Positions 44,714-52,295 of a stretch of DNA of 64,000 nucleotides are shown piece after piece. The translations under genes were made by a program, and so were the position numbers. Numbering within the stretch: position 1 is the stretch's first letter; every line of letters starts with the position of its first letter. The notes beneath the pieces were generated by a model. It was not told the DNA's origin, did no database searches, and saw nothing but the letters and a program-made list of their open reading frames with translations. The stretch spans positions 62,001-126,000 of IMG/VR virus record IMGVR_UViG_3300044796_000662; one strand, given 5' to 3'.

Positions 44714-46492
44714 TCAGGTAGCGCGCATTCGGCCGAGCAAATCCTTCGCCGAAGACTTCTCCTTCTCGAACGAAAGTGCCCCCAGCGCGGCCTCTCCGAG
44801 CACTGTATCTACGAGGTTCTTCTTGCCATGGAGAAGCTCAAGCACATGGTGATCGATGGTCTTCTTCTCCTTGGCGGTCTTGCCGGGACGCACTGCCACG
44901 ATGTGGTAGACCATGACCGTCGAGTGGATTGACCCGATGCGTACGGGCCTGCCGAGAAGCTGCACATAGTTGCCGTAGGACCAGGGCGCGTCCATGAAGA
45001 CCATGGCGCTCGCTGCCTGAAGGTTGATCGCTTCCGAGCCGGCGTCCGTGATGAAGACCACCTTCGTGTCGGAGGCCAGGTCTTGAAAGCGCTTCTGCGC
45101 CTCCTGGCGGGCCTTGTCGTTCTCCTTGCCCGTGATTCGAACGCTCTTGATCTTCAGCTTGTTGAGTACCTCGACGAGCCGGGTCACGTACTTCTCGAAG
45201 CGCGTGTAGATGATGACCTTCTCGTCCTCCAGCTCCGTCGTCAGAAGCTCGACCAGGGCCTCTTCCTTGGCGCTCTGCTCGTTGACCTTGTCAGGGTTCT
45301 CGTCGAGAGCGAACTCGGACACCTCGTCGCCCGCCTTGAACTTGAGCAGGGCGAGCGAGTTGACGATCTCCTGGCAGTAGATGAGCGAGGCCATCGCCTT
45401 CGCCTCGGAGTAGTCCTTGACCTCCCCGTCGCCGAGCATGAGCACGCCCGAGAGAGCCTCACCGTACTTCGTGTCCTCCGCAGGAGACAGCTCGCAGACG
45501 ATCTCTTTCGTGATGAGCTTCGGCAGCTCGTTGGAGACCATGTGCTTGGCCCGGCCGATGAAGAACGGGTCGATCTTGTTCCGGAACTCCGCCAGGCGGC
45601 GATAGCCAACGACGATGGGGATCTTTCGACCCCCTGGGACGGACTGAAGCTTGACGACGCAGTATTCGTCCATGAACGCCGACTTCGTACCGAAGAGCGG
45701 CGGCTGGATGACCTTGAAGATGGAGAACCCCTCCATGAGGTTGTTCTTCAACAGCGTCGCGGTCAGGCCGTAACAACGACTCGCCCTGTCGGACAGGTAG
45801 CGGCACACCTGCCAGCGCTTGGTCCCCGTGTTCTTGAAAGCCGTGGCCTCGTCGTAAATGATGCAAAGACCCTTCATGTCCGCCGTGATGCGGTCGAAGA
45901 GCCCCGCCGCGACCGGGGCCTTGGGGTCCGGCTTGCCGTTCGGCAGCGTGGGCTTGAACGATCCGGAGTCCCAATCGCGCACGAGGATCGAGTAATTGAC
46001 GAGCAGGACCACCTTCTCGGCGTCCGGGCCAGTGGGAGCGTTGCGGAACTCCTCGTAGGCGCGGATCCTCTCCTCGGGCTTGCCGGCGGCAACGATGGGT
46101 CGGATGCCTGTCGTGAACCGCTTGATCTCCCCGGCCCACTGCCACAGGGCGCTCTTCGGGGTCACAACGATGACCTTGTTGTCCGGCTCCTTGGGCCAGA
46201 GGTAGGCCAGAGCCGCGAGCACCTGGATGGTCTTGCCGAGCCCAGTACCATCTCCCAGGATCAGCCGCTTCATCGCGAGCAGGTGGTAGATGCCGATGTA
46301 CTGGTAGTAGCGGAGCTTGAACGGGATGATGGCCCCGTCCTTCTCGATCTCCGTCCGCAGAAGCGGTGTAGGCTTCAACGTGAGGGTCGTGGACTTGCGG
46401 ACCTCAAGCAAGTGCTCATAGGTCTTCCGAAGCTTCTCCAGCCCCGCCCTCTCTTCGGCAGTCGGTTCCCGGGTCTTCTTCTTGGCTGCCAT
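44714..46492 (-). CDS. SNF2-family helicase/translocase
   Basis: LGDGTGLGKT, IYDEAT, LTATLLKNNL, GSEAINLQ, QLLGRPVRIG. Confidence 0.92.
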   Translation of the reverse strand: MAAKKKTREPTAEERAGLEKLRKTYEHLLEVRKSTTLTLKPTPLLRTEIEKDGAIIPFKLRYYQYIGIYHLLAMKRLILGDGTGLGKTIQVLAALAYLWPKEPDNKVIVVTPKSALWQWAGEIKRFTTGIRPIVAAGKPEERIRAYEEFRNAPTGPDAEKVVLLVNYSILVRDWDSGSFKPTLPNGKPDPKAPVAAGLFDRITADMKGLCIIYDEATAFKNTGTKRWQVCRYLSDRASRCYGLTATLLKNNLMEGFSIFKVIQPPLFGTKSAFMDEYCVVKLQSVPGGRKIPIVVGYRRLAEFRNKIDPFFIGRAKHMVSNELPKLITKEIVCELSPAEDTKYGEALSGVLMLGDGEVKDYSEAKAMASLIYCQEIVNSLALLKFKAGDEVSEFALDENPDKVNEQSAKEEALVELLTTELEDEKVIIYTRFEKYVTRLVEVLNKLKIKSVRITGKENDKARQEAQKRFQDLASDTKVVFITDAGSEAINLQAASAMVFMDAPWSYGNYVQLLGRPVRIGSIHSTVMVYHIVAVRPGKTAKEKKTIDHHVLELLHGKKNLVDTVLGEAALGALSFEKEKSSAKDLLGRMRAT

Positions 46493-46531
46493 CGCCCCGC
46501 CCCTACACCGGGCGCTGGGGCTCCTGGGCGC

Positions 46532-47890
46532 TTAGCTCAGGATGGGCAGAAGCAGATCTAGCTGTTCCTTCGGGAGCTTACCGATGGCGTAGAACGAGAC
46601 CATCTCGGCGAAGTTCTCGCCGGGGCCGCCCTTCTTGGCGTAGCCCGTGATGAAGTCCAGCGGGTCCACCTTCTGCTCAACACCGTTGAGCTTGAAGAAC
46701 ATGGCCGCCGGCATGACGATCGTCTCCCTGCGGGCGATGGGGAACTTGTGCTCCTCATCGGGCTCGTGCTCAGCCCGGCCCTTCTCTGCGCAGACGAAGC
46801 ACCGCAGAGGGTTGGCCGGGGCGAGCTTCACGGAGCGGCGACGGGTATCGCGCTCGATGACCTTCCAAGGCTCCCCCTTATAGGGGACTGACGCGCCAAA
46901 CGCGGGCAGCTCGGTTTCCGACATGAAGCCCGTGTGCGTGTTGATCGTGGAGTAGAGCTGCGAGATCTCGTGCTCTTTGCCTTGCAGGAACTTGTGCTCC
47001 AGCCGGTGCGTCAGCTCGTGACAGAGAACCCGGACGGTGTCCATGTTCACCTTCGAGTCGGCACGAATGAACATCTCGTCCTTGGCGACGACGTAGAACG
47101 CCGCCCAGTTGGGCCGCTCGATGCGGTTGGACAGGATGATGTCCCCGTAGTTGACCTTCCCCAAGCCGATGCCTGCCATCTTTTGAGCGGCCTCTTCGGC
47201 GAGCTTGGCGATGTTCTGCATCTGCTCCGTGCTGAAGCCGCCCGAGTTGACGAGCGTGAAAGGCCCGGCCTTGAACCGCGTTGCGCCCTCTCCCTCGCCT
47301 GCGTGCTGCTTGCCCTGGCTGATCGCGATCTCGAAGACCTTCTCCTGCTTGCGGAAGTCTTCGAGGAAGTCGAGGTAGATCTGGACAGCCTTGGCTCGCG
47401 CCTCTTCGTAGGTGCGGCCCCGTGTGCTGAAGCGCGGCGTACGGGCGTAGAACTTCGCGATAGCCTCAATCGCTTTGCGAGGCTTCGGCGGCAGCACAAG
47501 CTGTTGCAGGATGGCCCAGCACAGGTTCTGCGCGACGTCCTGGATCTTGCCCCATCCGTGCTGCATCGAGTGAGTGGTGATCTCGTACGACAGGTCGCGC
47601 TCTTTGCGACGCTTGCCGTCCTGGGACTCTTCGATGGTCTGGACCAGCGCGTTCTCACGGACGGCCTTGATCTTCTCGGCGGGGGCGCCTTCGGCCTGTA
47701 GCTTCGTGACCTCGGCGAATGCCTCCACGTACTTCTTGGCCATCGCCTCCTTCTCGGCGTACTTGGCCACGGCCCTCTTGAACTGCGCAAGCAGATCCCC
47801 GGGGTCGCCGAAAGAGTCGGCCCGCTTCGAACGTTCGGCGACCCGCGAGGCGAGGACGACGCGCTCTACAACTCGATCCAAGGACTTCAT
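46532..47890 (-). CDS. Zincin-like metallopeptidase protein with RVA-type leader
   Basis: LCHELTHRLEH...GENFAEMVSFY; leader SRVAERSKRA. Confidence 0.75.
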   Translation of the reverse strand: MKSLDRVVERVVLASRVAERSKRADSFGDPGDLLAQFKRAVAKYAEKEAMAKKYVEAFAEVTKLQAEGAPAEKIKAVRENALVQTIEESQDGKRRKERDLSYEITTHSMQHGWGKIQDVAQNLCWAILQQLVLPPKPRKAIEAIAKFYARTPRFSTRGRTYEEARAKAVQIYLDFLEDFRKQEKVFEIAISQGKQHAGEGEGATRFKAGPFTLVNSGGFSTEQMQNIAKLAEEAAQKMAGIGLGKVNYGDIILSNRIERPNWAAFYVVAKDEMFIRADSKVNMDTVRVLCHELTHRLEHKFLQGKEHEISQLYSTINTHTGFMSETELPAFGASVPYKGEPWKVIERDTRRRSVKLAPANPLRCFVCAEKGRAEHEPDEEHKFPIARRETIVMPAAMFFKLNGVEQKVDPLDFITGYAKKGGPGENFAEMVSFYAIGKLPKEQLDLLLPILS

Positions 47891-49146
47891 GGTGTGGCCT
47901 TACCACCCTTGATCTGCTCTGCGGCCTTCACGAGAACGGCCATCGCAGGCGCAGGCAGATCCTTGAAACGCTCCACGAACGCCTCCAGGATGAGCGCGGC
48001 CTTGGCCTTGGGCATCCGGGTGATGTTCTTCTTGGTCCCCGAGTAATAGCGGTCGCCGAAGATCGCGTCGATGAGCTTCTTGCCCCCGAGCTTGAGCCGA
48101 CAGAAGGTGTTCCAGTCGGTCTCCGACAGGTCGTGATCCTTACCGTTGAGCACGAGGCTGATCTTGTAGTAGTCGCCGTGGTACCCGCCATCCCAGTACA
48201 TGTGTGAAGGCGGTGGCACCGGGAAGTAGCCCGGCTTGCGCTCCTCCCCGCCGAAACGGTGGTCAAGGTCCACCTTCATCTCGACGACATGCTTGCGATT
48301 CGCCACGGAGGGATCGTCATCGGAGACCATCCCAAGTTCGACCATCATGTGCTTGGTGGACAGCGAGGGAGTGCCTGTTGCGGGCATCGTTTCGGTGAAC
48401 TGCTTGCCGCGGGCGTCGCGCACCTTGTGATTGAAGTGAACGGTGATGTCCATGCCCTGGAGGGCCTTGACGATGTTACCCACGAGCCAAGACGGCGTCA
48501 CGTTCGCGGGCTTGGGGTGCTCGTAGACGCGGATCTTGTAGATGTCCTCCCCGCGACCGCCACCGATGTAGTACGCCTTGTACGCCTGGTTCTCCACGCC
48601 AACGAAGACGTAGTTCGAGCCCGTCTGGCCCACGGCCACCCACCCGCGCTTGCGGCTGGTGGACTCGTCTCCGGAGTAGTCGCCCTCGCCCTTCTGCATC
48701 TCCGTGACGAAGAGCCACTCGACACCAGCAGGGACGCCCGCCTTGGCCTTGGCCTCGTCGAACGTAACCTTCAGGTCCGGTGGAGGAGGCTGAGGCGGCG
48801 TGTAGTCCCGAGGGGTGCTGTAGTTGTGCGGCGAGTGCGACGGTCCGGCGTCCCGATCAGCATCCATGCGGCCGCGCAGGATTTCCGCAGCAACGTTGAT
48901 CTCCGTTGCTTCCTTGGGGTCGGCTGCGCCGCCCAAGCCCTTGTAGTTGATCGCGATGAGCTTGTCGCGCTGACGCTTGCGTACTTCGTCTTCGCTCGGG
49001 GTTGCCCCGGACGGGAAGCCGAGCGTTTCGAGGGCCTGGCTCCAGCTCATCGCCTTCACGAGGCGTCCGTAGAACTTGCGGTAGTGCGCCGAGCCACGAC
49101 GGTCGTAATCGTAGCCCTGACCCTGTCTGTCTTGCAACGACCTCAT
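47887..49146 (-). CDS. J-domain-like protein lacking HPD, with YDYDRR leader
   Basis: ALETLG...SEDEVRK...GG....EINVAAEIL. Confidence 0.65.
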   Translation of the reverse strand: MRSLQDRQGQGYDYDRRGSAHYRKFYGRLVKAMSWSQALETLGFPSGATPSEDEVRKRQRDKLIAINYKGLGGAADPKEATEINVAAEILRGRMDADRDAGPSHSPHNYSTPRDYTPPQPPPPDLKVTFDEAKAKAGVPAGVEWLFVTEMQKGEGDYSGDESTSRKRGWVAVGQTGSNYVFVGVENQAYKAYYIGGGRGEDIYKIRVYEHPKPANVTPSWLVGNIVKALQGMDITVHFNHKVRDARGKQFTETMPATGTPSLSTKHMMVELGMVSDDDPSVANRKHVVEMKVDLDHRFGGEERKPGYFPVPPPSHMYWDGGYHGDYYKISLVLNGKDHDLSETDWNTFCRLKLGGKKLIDAIFGDRYYSGTKKNITRMPKAKAALILEAFVERFKDLPAPAMAVLVKAAEQIKGGKATP

Positions 49147-49150
49147 GATC

Positions 49151-49558
49151 TCACCTCAGGGTCGGCTTGAGCCGATTGAGCACCGTGATGTTCGCGTCCA
49201 GGACCCCGAGCTTGTGGCGCATGATGTCGAGCGCCTTCACGTGGTCGAACTCCTTGCACGAGAAGATGTCGAGGCTGAAGAAGCGCTGGAGCGGCCAGCA
49301 ATGCACGCTCAGATGGCTCGTCGAGATGATGCAGGTGCCGGTGATGCCGCCCTCATCCTCGAACTTGCCCGTCTCCTCGACGCGCTTGAGCACTTCGGGA
49401 TCCACGGGAACCTCGATGAAGTCGGGTCCCTTGAGGATCGCCATGTCGAGTGCCTTCACCACGTCGCGGAAGAGCCCCGTCAGGTTCTCCGCCGTGAAGA
49501 CCTTCGCGTCCTTGACGTACCCGTCCACCACCACGTGGCGGCCTGCCGATGCGTTCAT
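49151..49558 (-). CDS. speD: Pyruvoyl-dependent S-adenosylmethionine decarboxylase family protein
   Basis: GRHVVVDG, GGITG..IISTSHLSVHCWP, LDIFSC. Confidence 0.85.
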   Translation of the reverse strand: MNASAGRHVVVDGYVKDAKVFTAENLTGLFRDVVKALDMAILKGPDFIEVPVDPEVLKRVEETGKFEDEGGITGTCIISTSHLSVHCWPLQRFFSLDIFSCKEFDHVKALDIMRHKLGVLDANITVLNRLKPTLR

Positions 49559-49573
49559 CTCTCTTGGGGCCCT

Positions 49574-50032
49574 TCATGCACGCTTGGACGTTGGAATGAA
49601 CAGACTACCAGCCGAGCGCATCTCGACTTCGGGCCTTGCGGCCACCCCCTGATACTGCTCCAGTGCCGCGTTCACGATCTGCGTGATGAAGTGTCCAGGT
49701 GACGCCTTGGGCGACAGATCGAAGGCCAGCTCGTGCTTCCGACCACCGCCACCGTGCGCTCCCATAGACTGGTAGTCCAGGACGGCGATGACCTGCAAAC
49801 CCTCATCGAACGAGAGAGTCACGCGGAACTGGTGCATGAGGTCCCCCGCGCGTGCGAGCACCTCGACTTCGGCCCGCATGTGGCCCTCGTTGAACTTCGC
49901 ACCGGACACATGCGCGTGCGTGCCGCTCGCGATACCTGCCCCGATCTTCTCGGCGATCGAGGTGAGGTAGTTCGCGACCAGGCTTTCCAGCCCCGCATCC
50001 GCGACCTTGCGACGATCGTAGGTGTAGCTCAC
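49574..50032 (-). CDS. Hypothetical protein with YTYDRR leader
   Basis: GAGGAG SD, GTGA overlap. Confidence 0.65.
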   Translation of the reverse strand: MSYTYDRRKVADAGLESLVANYLTSIAEKIGAGIASGTHAHVSGAKFNEGHMRAEVEVLARAGDLMHQFRVTLSFDEGLQVIAVLDYQSMGAHGGGGRKHELAFDLSPKASPGHFITQIVNAALEQYQGVAARPEVEMRSAGSLFIPTSKRA

Positions 50033-50313
50033 GGCTCGCTCTCCTCGCGTCGTGTCTCTTGCCGCTCTTCGCGACGAAAACGATGACTGCCTCCGGGCTT
50101 GTGAGCCCAAACGCCAGCCTCAATGTACCCGATGTTGAACCTGGCCAAGATCGTCTCGATCTCGGCGGCAACGGGCAGCTCCGCAGGGTCTTCAACCCAA
50201 CCACGGCTACGCCCCTTGCGAACTACCTCACTGGCGATGAAGGCAGCATCCTCCAGCGCGCCGTCGTAGTGAAGGTTCGCCCGACGTTCGAAGGAAGAGC
50301 GACGGTCGTACAT
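50029..50313 (-). CDS. Small protein with MYDRR leader
   Basis: ATG 50313, 5 nt after the lipoprotein stop. Confidence 0.6.
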   Translation of the reverse strand: MYDRRSSFERRANLHYDGALEDAAFIASEVVRKGRSRGWVEDPAELPVAAEIETILARFNIGYIEAGVWAHKPGGSHRFRREERQETRREESEP

Positions 50314-50318
50314 CTCCG

Positions 50319-50645
50319 TCAGTTCTTGCACGCCCAGCCGCACGCGCGAATCGCTGCTTGCGACTTCGCTGCGGAGAGGCAAAGAGTGTTGGGGTGCGGC
50401 ATCCCGGGATCAGCCAGCATGTTGGAACATGTCGAGGCGCAATCCGCGAAGGCACCCTCAGGGCACCCGACTGCGGCCGCTGCTGCACACGCCGCAGCGC
50501 ACGGGCTCGAAGCCGGTGCGGGAGTGGGCACAGGAACGGGCACGGAAGAGTCCGTGGCGTCGGGGGGAGGCGTGACGTTCGACGGCGTGCAACCTGGCAT
50601 CGCCATGAAAGCCGACAGGCATGCGAGAAAAGCGAGGGTCTTCAT
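50319..50645 (-). CDS. Cys-rich Pro-linker lipoprotein
   Basis: Signal peptide MKTLAFLACLSAFMAMPGC, PVPVPTP linker, 8 further Cys; ATGA overlap. Confidence 0.72.
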   Translation of the reverse strand: MKTLAFLACLSAFMAMPGCTPSNVTPPPDATDSSVPVPVPTPAPASSPCAAACAAAAAVGCPEGAFADCASTCSNMLADPGMPHPNTLCLSAAKSQAAIRACGWACKN

Positions 50646-51520
50646 GTGCTGCTCCTGACGGTCCATCCGTAGAGGTCCGTGGCGCTCTGGATCCAGGACT
50701 GTTGTGCCCAGAAGTGGCCAGCGTCACCGTAGCCGGCACCCCACGAGTTGCAGATCTCCCAATCGACCGTACCCGGATTCACGGTCGAGGGTCGGTAGCC
50801 CACGATGCAGATCCAGTGGCCGCCGCCGTTGGGGTCGCTCGTGTTCGGAGAGCCGACAGGAGCGCTCGTGGAGGTGAAGTTCATCACCTGGCTGTCCACG
50901 AAGATGCCGATGCCGACCGGAGCCTTCGCAACCGCGAGGCACTGTTGAACGAGAGACACGACATCCGAGGAGGACTCGTCGATGCGGTACTCGCCGACGA
51001 TGAGCTTCTGCCCGGCCTGTTCGAGGGACAGAAAGTCCACCTCGGAGTTGACGTTCGGCGCCGGCGCGTTGGGGATTCCAGCGACGTCCACTGCGGACCA
51101 GATGTCCGAGTTGCGTCCGTCTGGCGTGGGGCCTTGCATCGCACGGATGCCGTAACGCCCAACCGCGATCATGACGTCCGAGGGCATGGCGCCCGAGTCG
51201 GTCAGCGGCACGGTGTTGACCGCGCGCTCCATCGACCGGGTCACGCCGTAGGTCGTGAGGGGAGAGGGAACGAAGCTGAGAGGCACGCCTTGCAAGGCAC
51301 TGCCAATCACGATGCCTTGAGCCGTGCCGTGCCCCGTGCAGGAGCCGGTCTGACCCTGGTCCAGAATCGGAGCTTCGTTGGAACGGTAGCTCACTGCGCT
51401 GGGAAGGGCCGTAGAGCCCATCTTCGCGAGCAGAGCGCGAACGTCCTTCTGAGTCCGCTTCTCGGGAGCGTCGGGGGTGTAGCCGAAGAAACGGCCGCCG
51501 GATTGCTGAACGCCAGGCAT
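50642..51520 (-). CDS. Papain-like (C1) cysteine peptidase
   Basis: DQGQTGSCTGHG, GGHWICIVGY, CNSWG: Q/C/H/N catalytic set intact. Confidence 0.9.
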   Translation of the reverse strand: MPGVQQSGGRFFGYTPDAPEKRTQKDVRALLAKMGSTALPSAVSYRSNEAPILDQGQTGSCTGHGTAQGIVIGSALQGVPLSFVPSPLTTYGVTRSMERAVNTVPLTDSGAMPSDVMIAVGRYGIRAMQGPTPDGRNSDIWSAVDVAGIPNAPAPNVNSEVDFLSLEQAGQKLIVGEYRIDESSSDVVSLVQQCLAVAKAPVGIGIFVDSQVMNFTSTSAPVGSPNTSDPNGGGHWICIVGYRPSTVNPGTVDWEICNSWGAGYGDAGHFWAQQSWIQSATDLYGWTVRSST

Positions 51521-51537
51521 CGGAACCTCTGGGGGTG

Positions 51538-51574
51538 AAAAAGCCGACTGCGAGGGTCGTCCCCGCAGTCGGCT
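51538..51574 (-). terminator. Intrinsic terminator
   Basis: 11-bp stem AGCCGACTGCG/CGCAGTCGGCT followed by a U tract on the minus strand, just after the holin-like gene. Confidence 0.85.
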
Positions 51575-51580
51575 AGATCG

Positions 51581-51925
51581 TCACTTCGCGGCGGGAGGAG
51601 CCGGGACGGGCGCCGGGGCCGGCTTCGGCGGGGCGACGTTGCCGGTCAGAGACTCCAGGTGTAGCGATGCGGCACCGCCCGTGATCATGCCCATGAAGGC
51701 TTGAGCGATCGAGTAGCCGATGGTGTCTCCCTGCTGGAGACCTGCGACGAAACCGGCACCGAGACCGAGCACGAGGCCGAGGTACGGCGCTGCCTTCGGG
51801 GGAAGGCTCGGGATCGAATACGTGGCGAGCCACGCATTGAGGGTGTTGCTCTGGAGCGCTCCCAGAAGCACGTGGATTGCCGCTGCGATGCTAGCAAGCC
51901 AGATGGCGGTGGTCGTGAGGTTCAT
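51581..51925 (-). CDS. Holin-like small multi-pass membrane protein
   Basis: 114 aa, about 3 hydrophobic segments, Pro-rich C-tail; GAGGA SD. Confidence 0.62.
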   Translation of the reverse strand: MNLTTTAIWLASIAAAIHVLLGALQSNTLNAWLATYSIPSLPPKAAPYLGLVLGLGAGFVAGLQQGDTIGYSIAQAFMGMITGGAASLHLESLTGNVAPPKPAPAPVPAPPAAK

Positions 51926-52001
51926 AGGGGTTTCCTCTGTGGGTTCGAGCCACAAGCGCTCGACTTCTCACAGACGCCCGCTATGAGAGGAAAACCGCCG
52001 A

Positions 52002-52295
52002 CTACTTGCTGTGGTCGTGAACCTCAGCGTTGTCGCTGACTTCCACCACGTGATGTTCTGGGGTGCGCTCAGGCAACTGAGCCGGGACCTTGTGAGGAGC
52101 CGGATGAGCCGGGTGCTCCGGCATCTTGCCATGCTCCCAGAGGTCCAGATCTGCCAGCCTCTTGTTCACCATGGCAGCGCTCTCGGGCGTCATCACGGTG
52201 TTCGTAAGGACCGCCCGCAGTTGGGTCCTGGCCCGCTCAGCGGCCTGCGCACGCACGCGGGGATTGAGCTGCAAGTAGGAGATGTGCTTGATCAT
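52002..52295 (-). CDS. Hypothetical protein
   Basis: TGATG overlap with the large tail gene. Confidence 0.65.
   Translation of the reverse strand: MIKHISYLQLNPRVRAQAAERARTQLRAVLTNTVMTPESAAMVNKRLADLDLWEHGKMPEHPAHPAPHKVPAQLPERTPEHHVVEVSDNAEVHDHSK

Noticed and set aside
51938-51955. GTGGGTTCGAGCCAC as a tRNA T arm
   Set aside because: Stem register is wrong for a T arm; better explained as the holin leader structure
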